From the IMG/VR virus record IMGVR_UViG_2939177367_000001: DNA of 47,553 nt, one strand, 5' to 3'. The notes below the pieces were generated by a model that was given only the letters and a program-made list of their open reading frames with translations, ran no database searches and had not been told where the DNA came from. Shown one piece after another: positions 8,773 to 17,870 of this stretch. The DNA comes from a virus (Duplodnaviria; Heunggongvirae; Uroviricota; Caudoviricetes). The translations under genes and the position numbers were made by a program. Numbering within the stretch: the stretch's first letter is position 1; the number at the start of each line of letters is the position of its first letter.

Positions 8773-9098
8773 TGACGACGTTAACTCAGTGTCAGCAGCA
8801 GGTGCTGGATATGCTGATTTCTTATCAGAAAGAACGTGGCTTCCCGCCAACCAATCAGGAGGTGGCAACCATGCTGGGATACCGTTCAGTGAATGCAGCG
8901 GTGGAGCATCTTCGCGCACTGGAGAAAAAAGGCGTCATCACGATAAAGCGTGGCGTGGCCCGGGGCATCACGCTTCATACCGCGGTGAAGGACGACGACA
9001 GCGAGGCGGTCGGGATTATCCGCTCACTGCTTGCCGGTGAGGAAAACGCAAGGCTGCGTGCAACCCACTGGTTACATGAGAGGGGCCTGAAAGTATGA
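8772..9098 (+). CDS. LexA N-terminal DNA-binding domain paralogue lacking peptidase domain (108 aa)
   Basis: LTQCQQQVLDMLISYQKERGFPPTNQEVATMLGYRSVNAAVEHLRALEKKGVI aligns by eye to LexA residues about 1-70; no S24 domain follows. Confidence 0.65.
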   Translation: MTTLTQCQQQVLDMLISYQKERGFPPTNQEVATMLGYRSVNAAVEHLRALEKKGVITIKRGVARGITLHTAVKDDDSEAVGIIRSLLAGEENARLRATHWLHERGLKV

Positions 9099-9484
9099 AG
9101 CTGATCCTGCCTTTTCCGCCCAGCGTGAACACGTACTGGCGACACCCCAACAAAGGGGCGTTTGCTGGTAAGAGCCTGATAAGCGCGGCGGGGCGAAAAT
9201 TCCAGAGCGCGGCGTGCGCAGCAATAGTTGAGCAGTTACGTCGTCTGCCGAAACCAACGTCGGCACCTGCTTCAGTGGAGATCGTGTTGTTTCCTCCGGA
9301 TAACAGGATCCGCGATCTGGACAACTATAACAAGGCGCTGTTTGACGCCCTGACCCACGCGGGGGTGTGGGAAGACGACAGTCAGGTGAAAAGAATGCTG
9401 GTGGAGTGGGGACCGGTTATCCCGGAAGGGAAGGTCGAGATCACTATCAGTAAGTACGAGAAAACGGCGGGTGCAGCTGCCTGA
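9095..9484 (+). CDS. rusA: Holliday junction resolvase RusA (129 aa)
   Basis: Motifs LPFPPSVNTYWRH and RDLDNYNKALFDALT match the RusA family. Confidence 0.85.
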   Translation: MKLILPFPPSVNTYWRHPNKGAFAGKSLISAAGRKFQSAACAAIVEQLRRLPKPTSAPASVEIVLFPPDNRIRDLDNYNKALFDALTHAGVWEDDSQVKRMLVEWGPVIPEGKVEITISKYEKTAGAAA

Positions 9485-9503
9485 TTAAGAGGAGAAACGA
9501 AGT

Positions 9504-10313
9504 ATGAATAATCTGATGGTCATTGATGGTATTGAAGTTCGTCGTGATGCTTATGGGCGTTACAGCCTGAACGATCTGCATCGCGCAGCAGTAGCATCTG
9601 GTGCAAATGCCAGAACCAAGGAGCCAGGAAAGTTTCTTTCCAGCCAACAAACTGTTGAGCTTGTTCATGAATTAACCAACACCCAGAATTTGGGTGTTGA
9701 CCCGGTGAGTGTGATTCATGGGGGAAATGAACGGGGAACGTATGTCTGTAAGGAACTGGTGTATGCCTATGCAATGTGGATCAGCCCGTCATTCCATCTG
9801 AAGGTGATCCGTACTTTCGATATGGTAACCAGCGCGCCGGAAAAGTTATCCGGACAGGCTGCTGACAAGATGCAGGCTGGCGTGATTCTGCTGGACTTTA
9901 TGCGCCGGGAGTTAAACCTGTCTAACTCATCTGTGCTTGGTGCCTGTCAGAAACTCCAGGAGGCTGTTGGCTTACCGAATCTGGCACCGCGCTATGCCAT
10001 TGATGCTCCTGCTGACGCGCCTGATGGCTCAAGTCGCCCTACGCTGTCGCTGAGTGCACTGCTGAAACAGTATGGTATCCGCCTTACGGCTAATCAGGCA
10101 TATCACCAGATGGCGAAGCTGGGGATCGTCGAACAGCGCGAACGATACAGCCGTACAGCGATTAACAACATCAAAAAATTCTGGTCGCTGACGGCGAAAG
10201 GCTGCATGTTCGGCAAGAACATCACCAGTCCCGCAAATCCGCGCGAGACGCAGCCGCATTTCTTCGAATCCCGATTCCCAGAGCTGTTAAAGCTGCTCGA
10301 TACCGTTCATTGA
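9504..10313 (+). CDS. KilA-N domain protein (269 aa)
   Basis: N-terminal IDGIEVRRDAYGRYSLNDLHRAAVASG is the KilA-N signature; usual position near rusA/Q. Confidence 0.7.
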   Translation: MNNLMVIDGIEVRRDAYGRYSLNDLHRAAVASGANARTKEPGKFLSSQQTVELVHELTNTQNLGVDPVSVIHGGNERGTYVCKELVYAYAMWISPSFHLKVIRTFDMVTSAPEKLSGQAADKMQAGVILLDFMRRELNLSNSSVLGACQKLQEAVGLPNLAPRYAIDAPADAPDGSSRPTLSLSALLKQYGIRLTANQAYHQMAKLGIVEQRERYSRTAINNIKKFWSLTAKGCMFGKNITSPANPRETQPHFFESRFPELLKLLDTVH

Positions 10314-10314
10314 G

Positions 10315-11310
10315 GTGACCGTGAGAGCACTACTGACCCCTGAAATTGCCCCGCGTATGGGGATCGTATTGTTCAGGCCAGGTTCAGAGCTGATGCCCTT
10401 GTTTATGCAGGGGCGTGTCCTGCTGGAGCCTGAGCCGGAACGTTATTCATCTTTCGCCAGTGGTGCCGTTCCCGCGGCATCACAACCGCTGGCGGATGAT
10501 CCTGCCGTTCGGGCCGTGTTCCGCAATGAGGCAGTGATCCGTCGTGCTGGTGGCGTGGAATGTCTTGAAAGCTGGTTACTTCGTGAAAAAGGCTGCCAGT
10601 GGCTTCATTCCGACTGGCACAGCGAGAACATGACAACAATGCGACACGCTCCGGGCGCAATCCGTCTGTGCTGGCACTGCGATAACCAGCTGCGCGATCA
10701 GTTCACGGAACGGCTGGAATCAATGGCAACGGATAACTGTGCCCGCTGGGTGTTGTCTGTTGTGCGTCGGGATCTCGGTTTTGATGACAGTCACGTTGTG
10801 ACAATGCCGGAACTGTGCTGGTGGCTGATTCGTAATGACCTGGCGGACGCCTTACCGGAAAGTGCAGCCCGTAAGGCACTGAGATTACCGAAGCCTGTTG
10901 TGCCGTCTGTCACCCGGGAAAGTGACCTTGTGCCTTCGGTTCCTGCCACCAGCATCATCCAGGATAAGGCGAAAAAGGTGCTGGCGCTGAAAGTGGATCC
11001 GGAGTCGCCGGAGTCTTTTATGTTACGCCCAAAACGTCGCCGCTGGGTTAATGAAAAGTACACGCGCTGGGTTAAGACACAGCCGTGTGCATGTTGTGGA
11101 AAGCCCGCTGATGATCCCCACCACCTGATAGGTCACGGTCAGGGTGGAATGGGAACAAAAGCGCATGACCTTTTTGTGTTGCCTTTGTGCAGAAAGCATC
11201 ACGACGAGCTGCATGCGGATACCGTGGCATTTGAAGAGAAGTATGGCTCCCAGCTGGAGCTGATATTTCGTTTTATCGATCGTGCGCTGGCAATAGGTGT
11301 ACTGGCGTAA
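10315..11310 (+). CDS. DUF968-family protein with Cys/His-rich C-terminus (331 aa)
   Basis: C-terminal CACCGKPADDPHHL...CRKHHDELH motif recalled as DUF968, common in lambdoid nin regions. Confidence 0.55.
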   Translation: MTVRALLTPEIAPRMGIVLFRPGSELMPLFMQGRVLLEPEPERYSSFASGAVPAASQPLADDPAVRAVFRNEAVIRRAGGVECLESWLLREKGCQWLHSDWHSENMTTMRHAPGAIRLCWHCDNQLRDQFTERLESMATDNCARWVLSVVRRDLGFDDSHVVTMPELCWWLIRNDLADALPESAARKALRLPKPVVPSVTRESDLVPSVPATSIIQDKAKKVLALKVDPESPESFMLRPKRRRWVNEKYTRWVKTQPCACCGKPADDPHHLIGHGQGGMGTKAHDLFVLPLCRKHHDELHADTVAFEEKYGSQLELIFRFIDRALAIGVLA

Positions 11311-11323
11311 GTGGAGAACGAGC

Positions 11324-12076
11324 ATGAACCTTGAAGCCTTACCGAAATATTACTCCCCAAAATCTCCAAAATTGAGCGATGACGCACCGGCGACAGGCTC
11401 TGGTGGTTTAACAATTACGGATGTGATGGCTGCGCAGGGGATGGTGCAGTCGAAAGCACCGCTTGGGTTTGCCTTATTCCTGGCAAAAGTTGGTGTTCAG
11501 GATCCTCAGTTTGCGATTGAAGGTCTGCTCAATTACGCGATGGCACTGGATAACCCGACATTGAATAAATTGAGTGAAGAAACCCGGCTACAGATTATTC
11601 CTTACCTTGTGAATTTTGCCTTTGCTGATTATTCCAGGTCTGCGGCAAGTAAGGCTCGCTGTGAGCATTGTGCTGGTACTGGATTTCATAATGTATTGCG
11701 CGAAGTGGTGAAACACTCCAGAAGCGGGGAATCTGTTATCAAGGAAGAGTGGGTGAAGGAACTATGTCAGCATTGTCATGGTAAGGGAGAAGTCAGCACA
11801 GCGTGCAGAGGGTGTAAGGGTAAAGGTATTGTCCTGGATGAAAAAAGGACCCGGCTTCATGGCACGCCTGTTTATAAGATTTGTGGGCGTTGCAATGGAA
11901 ATCGGTTTAGCCGTTTACCGACCACACTGGCGCGGCATCATGTCCAGAATCTGGTAACAGACCTGACGGATTATCAGTGGTACAAAGGATATGCAGACGT
12001 CATTGATAAACTGGTTACAAAGTGCTGGCAGGAAGAAGCATATGCTGAAGCGCAATTGAGAAAAGTGACAAGATAA
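11324..12076 (+). CDS. Q: late-gene antiterminator Q (250 aa)
   Basis: CxxC...CxxC zinc-binding core (CEHCAGTG, CQHCHGKG, CRGCKGKG) and position before the lysis cassette; GGAG RBS. Confidence 0.75.
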   Translation: MNLEALPKYYSPKSPKLSDDAPATGSGGLTITDVMAAQGMVQSKAPLGFALFLAKVGVQDPQFAIEGLLNYAMALDNPTLNKLSEETRLQIIPYLVNFAFADYSRSAASKARCEHCAGTGFHNVLREVVKHSRSGESVIKEEWVKELCQHCHGKGEVSTACRGCKGKGIVLDEKRTRLHGTPVYKICGRCNGNRFSRLPTTLARHHVQNLVTDLTDYQWYKGYADVIDKLVTKCWQEEAYAEAQLRKVTR

Positions 12077-12182
12077 ATGATTTTCACCAAAGATAGCGAC
12101 ATGATGCTTGCATTTTTCAAAAAACATGGATAAGATTTTCTCAACGATGGGCTTTGTATGTCTACCGTTGATAAGTCCAAAA

Positions 12183-12213
12183 AACCGCAGCCGAGCGGGT
12201 TAAATTATTTTTT
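12183..12213 (+). terminator. late-promoter-proximal hairpin plus T-run (tR'-like)
   Basis: AACCGCAGCCGAGCGGGTT imperfect stem followed by a T-rich tract, downstream of Q. Confidence 0.3.
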
Positions 12214-12230
12214 CTTACACGGGGATATGG

Positions 12231-12761
12231 ATGTTATACCGAGATCTTCTGCCTATTTTCTCAGAAAGAACCATATTTGAAGCTCCTGAGGCTGAAAGAA
12301 TACTTCGTGAGCAATATTCTATCATTGCCCCCTCTCCTGTAATTCAGGAGATTTATTATGGATTGGTAGGCGATGACAGATTTCAGAAGCTTTATGGGGA
12401 TCTTGATATTGACCAAATTGAATGGAAATTGATTGAACTTCCCACTAAAAACTTTTTAACTATCGGGGATAATGCTACTTGCCCTGATTTTTTGCATGAG
12501 GTCGTTGAAGATTACATGACCCGTAAAGGTGATGTATTTATGGATGATGAAATAAAAGCGCATTGGTGTAATTTTGGCACATGGTGCGAACCACCATTTT
12601 TTATAGATCGAGCTTTGCTGAAAAGTAATACAACAGGGCTCCATTTAATGGAAGGGCATACAAGAGTTGGAACCCTGTTAGGGGCAGTTAAGTATAACTT
12701 CGTTAAGCTTGCTAATACTCATAAAATTTATTATGCGCAAGCAAAAGAATGTATTAAATAA
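12231..12761 (+). CDS. hypothetical moron protein (176 aa), AT-rich
   Basis: Long ORF in AT-rich DNA between Q and the lysis genes; followed by a strong terminator. Confidence 0.55.
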   Translation: MLYRDLLPIFSERTIFEAPEAERILREQYSIIAPSPVIQEIYYGLVGDDRFQKLYGDLDIDQIEWKLIELPTKNFLTIGDNATCPDFLHEVVEDYMTRKGDVFMDDEIKAHWCNFGTWCEPPFFIDRALLKSNTTGLHLMEGHTRVGTLLGAVKYNFVKLANTHKIYYAQAKECIK

Positions 12762-12798
12762 GTTGAGTGAAATTACTGTTGGTTTTTTAACAATACTT

Positions 12799-12820
12799 AC
12801 CGCGTTCTCGCGGTTTTTTT
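12799..12820 (+). terminator. rho-independent terminator
   Basis: CCGCG-TTCT-CGCGG hairpin followed by T7. Confidence 0.55.
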
Positions 12821-12918
12821 ATAAATTAAACATTGGTGCAGTACGGTAAACACGCTGGTGGTCGTGAATACTGACTGTTTATCTTGCTGGCTTTTTAGAC
12901 AAGAGTTATTGGTATGTC

Positions 12919-13137
12919 ATGTTAACCAGAAGGGAAAAAGACATGCTAAAACAGCAAGATATGACAGAAACGGCGAAAGTTGTTTTTAATGAATTAAGCA
13001 TCGAACCGGCAACAGTCGGGGAGATTGCACAAAACACATACCTTTCACGCGAACGCTGTCAGTTAATACTGACCCAGCTGGTTATGGCGGGGCTGGCAGA
13101 TTACCAGTTCGGCTGTTACAGACGCCTTCAGCAATGA
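12919..13137 (+). CDS. small putative winged-helix DNA-binding protein (72 aa)
   Basis: Short ORF upstream of the methyltransferase; wHTH-like segment ATVGEIAQNTYLSRERCQLILTQL. Confidence 0.4.
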   Translation: MLTRREKDMLKQQDMTETAKVVFNELSIEPATVGEIAQNTYLSRERCQLILTQLVMAGLADYQFGCYRRLQQ

Positions 13138-13286
13138 AGGGCTTTTAATTTGTGAAAATGGGCGGCTGGTGGGTGTTGGTAGCACCTGCCAGCCATTCGC
13201 TCATGCTTACTGGTCACAAGCGAACCACGGCCCACTGCTTTAGCGCAAAAGCAGAGTGAGCCTACCAGAGTTACGCTTACTGATCC

Positions 13287-14339
13287 ATGAAAAATACTGT
13301 AAAAATAAACAGTGTTGATTTAATCAACGCTGATTGCCTGCATTTTATTCAGTCCCTGCCTGATGATTCCATTGACCTGATTGTTACCGATCCGCCGTAC
13401 TTCAAGGTGAAACCCAACGGCTGGGACAATCAGTGGAAAGGGGACGAAGATTACCTTAAGTGGCTGGACCACTGTCTGGCCCAGTTCTGGCGGGTGTTAA
13501 AGCCTGCCGGAAGCCTTTACCTGTTCTGTGGGCATCGCCTGGCATCTGATATTGAGATCATGATGCGTGAACGTTTCAACGTGCTTAACCATATCATCTG
13601 GGCGAAGCCGTCCGGACGTTGGAATGGGTGTAATAAAGAAAGTCTGCGCGCATATTTTCCTGCCACAGAGCGCGTTCTGTTTGCTGAACATTACCAGGGG
13701 CCATATCGCGGCAAAAGTGACGGCTATGCGGCAAAAGAAAGGGAACTCAAACAGCACATAATGGCACCGCTGATATCGTATTTCAGGGATGCTCGTGCCG
13801 AACTGGGTATAACGGCAAAACAAATTGCCGAAGCCACAGGTAAGAAAAATATGGTTTCCCACTGGTTTGGTGCCAGTCAGTGGCAGTTGCCGAATGAGGC
13901 TGACTATCGGAAGTTACAGGCACTGTTTTCCCGTATAGCGGCAGAGAAGTTTCAGGAACAACAACTGGAACAACCACACCACCAGCTGGTGGCATCTTAT
14001 GATTCACTGAATCGCAAATATTCTGAATTGCTGGATGAGTTTAAATCTCTCCGGCGCTATTTCTCCGTATCAGTCTCCGTGCCTTATACCGATGTCTGGA
14101 TGCATAAACCCGTTCAGTTCTACCCGGGTAAACATCCGTGTGAGAAACCTGCGGATATGCTCCGGCAAATAATCAATGCCAGTAGTCGACCTGGTGATCT
14201 GGTTGCTGATTTTTTTATGGGATCCGGTTCCACAATAAAAGCAGCAATGGCGCTGGGGCGTCGGGCCTTAGGTGTTGAGCTTGAGTCAGAGCGGTTTAAC
14301 CAGACAGTGAAAGAGATAAACGAGCTGGTGGGGAAATAA
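13287..14339 (+). CDS. DNA methyltransferase, DPPY motif (N6-adenine/N4-cytosine class), orphan (350 aa)
   Basis: Catalytic motif IV DLIVTDPPYF near N-terminus, C-terminal AdoMet-binding FFMGSGST; no cognate endonuclease adjacent. Confidence 0.8.
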   Translation: MKNTVKINSVDLINADCLHFIQSLPDDSIDLIVTDPPYFKVKPNGWDNQWKGDEDYLKWLDHCLAQFWRVLKPAGSLYLFCGHRLASDIEIMMRERFNVLNHIIWAKPSGRWNGCNKESLRAYFPATERVLFAEHYQGPYRGKSDGYAAKERELKQHIMAPLISYFRDARAELGITAKQIAEATGKKNMVSHWFGASQWQLPNEADYRKLQALFSRIAAEKFQEQQLEQPHHQLVASYDSLNRKYSELLDEFKSLRRYFSVSVSVPYTDVWMHKPVQFYPGKHPCEKPADMLRQIINASSRPGDLVADFFMGSGSTIKAAMALGRRALGVELESERFNQTVKEINELVGK

Positions 14340-14343
14340 TCTG

Positions 14344-14366
14344 GTGGCCACGTAGGTGGCCTTTTT
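14344..14366 (+). terminator. hairpin plus T-run upstream of holin
   Basis: GGCCAC-GTAG-GTGGCC stem followed by TTTTTA. Confidence 0.45.
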
Positions 14367-14405
14367 ATTTCCATTACACAGCACCCGCATCTGCGAGGTG
14401 GGGTT

Positions 14406-14621
14406 ATGAAATCCATGGATAAGTTAACAACGGGTGTCGCCTATGGCACCTCAGCAGGTAGTGCCGGGTACTGGTTTTTACAGTTGCTCGATAAAGTCAC
14501 GCCCTCACAGTGGGCGGCAATAGGTGTGCTGGGTAGTCTGGTATTTGGCTTGCTGACGTATCTGACAAACCTTTATTTCAAGATTAAAGAAGACAAGCGT
14601 AAGGCTGCACGGGGAGAGTAA
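14406..14621 (+). CDS. S: pinholin, phage 21 S21-like (71 aa) with dual-start motif
   Basis: MKSMDK dual Met start and sequence match recalled S21 pinholin. Confidence 0.85.
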
Positions 14622-14625
14622 TTCA

Positions 14626-14970
14626 ATGACTCAAAAATATGAACTGATTGTGAAAGGGATCCGCAATTTTGAGAATAAAGTTACGGTAACTTTAGCGTTA
14701 CGGGACAAAGAACGCTTTGACGGTGAAATTTTTGACCTGGACATCTCGCTGGACCGTGTTGAAGGTGCCGCGCTGGAGTTTTATGAGGCAGCAGCCAGAA
14801 GGAGCATCAGACAGGTCTTCCTGGATGTTGCTGCCGGGTTATGTGAAGGGGATGAGCTGTCGCCGGAAAAGCGCCCCATAATTTTAGAGGCGCAGAATGT
14901 GTGGATAACCTACAAAGGAAAGCTACCGGGAAGAATTACTGGTTCTCTGAAGACTCCGCCGAAATGGTAA
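14626..14970 (+). CDS. hypothetical protein (114 aa) inserted between holin and endolysin
   Basis: ORF with RBS directly after the holin stop; not part of canonical phage-21 lysis cassettes. Confidence 0.45.
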   Translation: MTQKYELIVKGIRNFENKVTVTLALRDKERFDGEIFDLDISLDRVEGAALEFYEAAARRSIRQVFLDVAAGLCEGDELSPEKRPIILEAQNVWITYKGKLPGRITGSLKTPPKW

Positions 14971-15208
14971 TTTCACCAGCATATTTTTCTTCCAGTAATA
15001 CCGCCAGCCACTTGAAAGAATTTTGTTGTTGCTGGGACCATTTGGGGTTGAGTGATTCAAGCTGGAGCGATGCCAGTGTTGGTTGCATTTGTTCCTTGGG
15101 AATTGAGAATGCCAGATATGAAAATGCGACAGTAAGGGCATTTACATCATCCCGAAGCTTGGAAATGCAGTCGAGCAACTCCTGTAGAGAAATGGTGCTA
15201 TTGTCCAT
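14936..15208 (-). CDS. hypothetical protein (90 aa), convergent with 14626..14970
   Basis: ATG with GAGAGGA RBS 6 nt upstream; 3' ends of the two genes overlap by 35 bp. Confidence 0.4.
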   Translation of the reverse strand: MDNSTISLQELLDCISKLRDDVNALTVAFSYLAFSIPKEQMQPTLASLQLESLNPKWSQQQQNSFKWLAVLLEEKYAGEITISAESSENQ

Positions 15209-15313
15209 AAACAATCCTCTCTATTGTATTTAACTATTCCTTGCCTGATTCAACAGGCCGGGACAGATAAACATATCCAGGGTTCAGAAACCGATAAATC
15301 CTGATAAATATCC

Positions 15314-15856
15314 ATGAACGTAAAAATCAGATACGGCCTGTCGGCTGCCGTTCTGGCACTGATTGCCGTCGGTGCGCCTGCGCCTGATATTCTCGACCAG
15401 TTTCTGAATGAAAAAGAAGGTAACCACACAACGGCATACCGCGATGGTTCCGGCATCTGGACCATCTGTCGGGGTGCCACGGTGGTGGATGGAAAACCCG
15501 TTTTTCCCGGTATGAAACTGTCGAAGGAAAAATGCGACCAGGTTAACGCCATTGAACGGGATAAGGCGCTGGCATGGGTGGAGCGCAATATTAAAGTGCC
15601 ACTGACCGAACCACAGAAAGCGGGTATAGCGTCATTTTGTCCCTATAACATTGGCCCCGGTAAGTGTTTCCCGTCGACGTTTTATAAGCGGCTGAATGCC
15701 GATGATCGTAAGGGGGCATGCGAGGCGATTCGCTGGTGGATAAAAGATGGTGGGCGTGATTGCCGCCTGACAAAAGGGCAGAAGAATGGCTGTTATGGGC
15801 AGGTCGAGCGGCGCGATCAGGAAAGCGCACTGGCGTGCTGGGGGCTGGAGCAATGA
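15314..15856 (+). CDS. R: SAR endolysin (lysozyme, phage 21 R-like, 180 aa)
   Basis: N-terminal signal-anchor-release segment YGLSAAVLALIAVGA followed by a lysozyme-like domain. Confidence 0.85.
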   Translation: MNVKIRYGLSAAVLALIAVGAPAPDILDQFLNEKEGNHTTAYRDGSGIWTICRGATVVDGKPVFPGMKLSKEKCDQVNAIERDKALAWVERNIKVPLTEPQKAGIASFCPYNIGPGKCFPSTFYKRLNADDRKGACEAIRWWIKDGGRDCRLTKGQKNGCYGQVERRDQESALACWGLEQ

Positions 15857-16053
15857 AAATTAATCCGGATCTTATAGGCGTTGTCGTTATTGCTGGCCTT
15901 TCGGTCGCTCTCGTCAAGAGTTGCTCTCACGCCAGTAATCTTCAGAGCGATAACGACGTTCTGCGAAGTGACAACTCTATGCTGGGGCAGGTAATCGCCA
16001 CCCAGGCATTCAACTTCAATCGATTCAATCAGGTTGCAGAACATGCCAACTGA
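15853..16053 (+). pseudogene. Rz: Rz (i-spanin) N-terminal fragment, truncated by IS insertion; C-terminal remainder in frame at 17364..17702
   Basis: Start overlaps endolysin stop (ATGA); TM segment LIGVVVIAGLSVALV; stop codon is supplied by the first three bases of the IS; reading frame resumes after the IS and the AAC duplication. Confidence 0.7.
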
Positions 16054-16104
16054 ACCGCCCCGGGAATCCTGGAGACTAAACTTCCTGAGAAAGAGGTAAA
16101 CAGG

Positions 16105-16431
16105 ATGACTAAAAATACTCGTTTTTCCCCCGAAGTCCGTCAACGGGCAGTCCGTATGGTTCTGGAAAGTCAGAGCGAATATGACTCACAATGGGCGACA
16201 ATTTGTTCCATTGCTCCAAAGATTGGCTGTACGCCGGAGACTCTGCGTGTCTGGGTTCGCCAGCATGAGCGGGATACCGGGGGCGGTGATGGAGGGCTCA
16301 CCACCGCTGAACGTCAGCGTCTGAAAGAGCTGGAACGTGAAAATCGTGAACTGCGCCGCAGTAACGATATCCTTCGCCAGGCTTCCGCTTATTTTGCGAA
16401 GGCGGAGTTCGACCGCCTCTGGAAAAAATGA
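16105..16431 (+). CDS. IS629-like transposase OrfA (108 aa)
   Basis: HTH plus leucine-zipper protein matching recalled IS629 OrfA. Confidence 0.9.
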   Translation: MTKNTRFSPEVRQRAVRMVLESQSEYDSQWATICSIAPKIGCTPETLRVWVRQHERDTGGGDGGLTTAERQRLKELERENRELRRSNDILRQASAYFAKAEFDRLWKK

Positions 16432-17318
16432 TGCCACTGCTGGATAAGCTGCGTGAGCAGTACGGGGTCGGACCGCTATGCAGCGAACTGCATATTGCCC
16501 CGTCAACGTATTACCACTGTCAGCAACAGCGACATCATCCGGATAAACGCAGTGCCCGTGCGCAGCGCGATGACTGGCTGAAGAAAGAGATACAGCGCGT
16601 ATACGATGAAAATCACAAGGTATACGGTGTGCGTAAAGTCTGGCGTCAGTTGTTACGGGAAGGTATCAGAGTGGCCAGATGCACTGTGGCACGTCTCATG
16701 GCGGTTATGGGACTTGCCGGTGTTCTCCGGGGTAAAAAGGTCCGTACGACCATCAGCCGGAAAGCCGTTGCCGCAGGCGACCGCGTAAACCGTCAGTTCG
16801 TGGCAGAACGACCTGACCAGCTGTGGGTGGCTGATTTTACTTACGTCAGCACATGGCGGGGCTTCGTCTATGTGGCGTTCATCATTGATGTGTTTGCCGG
16901 ATACATCGTGGGGTGGCGGGTCTCATCGTCCATGGAAACGACATTCGTGCTGGATGCACTGGAGCAGGCGTTATGGGCCCGTCGACCGTCCGGCACGGTC
17001 CATCACAGTGATAAAGGTTCTCAGTATGTATCGCTGGCCTACACACAGCGGCTTAAGGAAGCCGGATTACTGGCATCAACAGGAAGTACAGGCGACTCGT
17101 ATGACAACGCGATGGCGGAGAGCATCAATGGTCTTTACAAAGCGGAGGTAATACACCGTAAGAGCTGGAAAAACCGTGCAGAAGTGGAACTGGCCACACT
17201 CACGTGGGTGGACTGGTATAACAATCGACGATTGCTGGAAAGGCTGGGCCATACTCCTCCGGCAGAAGCAGAAAAAGCTTATTATGCTTCCATCGGAAAC
17301 GATGATCTGGCAGCCTGA
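16428..17318 (+). CDS. IS629-like transposase OrfB (DDE integrase core, 296 aa)
   Basis: DDE catalytic region (WVADFTY..., HSDKGSQY, ...[11 protein letters not shown]); overlaps orfA in the -1 frame across an A6 run, consistent with IS3-family frameshifting. Confidence 0.9.
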   Translation: MMPLLDKLREQYGVGPLCSELHIAPSTYYHCQQQRHHPDKRSARAQRDDWLKKEIQRVYDENHKVYGVRKVWRQLLREGIRVARCTVARLMAVMGLAGVLRGKKVRTTISRKAVAAGDRVNRQFVAERPDQLWVADFTYVSTWRGFVYVAFIIDVFAGYIVGWRVSSSMETTFVLDALEQALWARRPSGTVHHSDKGSQYVSLAYTQRLKEAGLLASTGSTGDSYDNAMAESINGLYKAEVIHRKSWKNRAEVELATLTWVDWYNNRRLLERLGHTPPAEAEKAYYASIGNDDLAA

Positions 17319-17430
17319 GTTCACAGATAAAACACTCTCCAGGAAACCCGGGGCGGTTCAAACAGTCTTAACTCCCTGATCGACACCAGCACCGAAAAAA
17401 CCGTAATCGAATACCGGGAGATTCTCCGCC

Positions 17431-17577
17431 GTGAAAAAACCTGTGATCTGCCTGTTCCTGCTGATATCGCTGGTGGGTTGCTCGAATACACGTACCGTTT
17501 ACGTGCCAGCGCCATGCACACCGATACCGGCAGACCTAATGAAGCCTATGATCGTACCGCTACCACCAGCTCAATGA
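17431..17577 (+). CDS. Rz1: Rz1 (o-spanin lipoprotein, 48 aa), embedded in the Rz C-terminal frame
   Basis: GTG start with GGGAG RBS; lipobox LVGC; Pro-rich C-terminus; nested out of frame within Rz as expected. Confidence 0.6.
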   Translation: MKKPVICLFLLISLVGCSNTRTVYVPAPCTPIPADLMKPMIVPLPPAQ

Positions 17578-17870
17578 CCTACTGCCAAGCTGTCTTGTGG
17601 ATTAAGCCGCTACTGGCGTTGATAGAAAAAGGAAATAATAATTTTTCGAGTATTCGTGAAATTGATGAGTTGCGTTACAGACCATCTGAGCATGGCCAGT
17701 AAGGTTGCAGGAAATTTAAAATCTGGCGATGAAATTTAATATTAGAAATTCATTGCCTAGTGAGATTAATAATGGGCATCCCTTTGTGACGATAAGCTTT
17801 AACACATTCACAAAGGGATATTTAATATAGGGTGGTTAATTCCCACTTGCTGTGGTGTTTAGGGGGTAAT

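Larger units (their letters stand above)
16051..17360 (+). mobile_element. IS3-family insertion sequence, IS629/IS1203-like, 1310 bp, intact
   Basis: Terminal inverted repeats TGAACCGCCCCGGGAATCCTGGAG / CTCCAGGAAACCCGGGGCGGTTCA; TG...CA ends; flanked by direct AAC at 16048-16050 and 17361-17363; orfA/orfB inside. Confidence 0.9.

Noticed and set aside
16420-16431. Canonical IS3 slippery heptamer at the orfA/orfB overlap
   Set aside because: Only an A6 run is present rather than a textbook A-AAA-AAG motif; frameshifting is likely but the exact site cannot be assigned from sequence.
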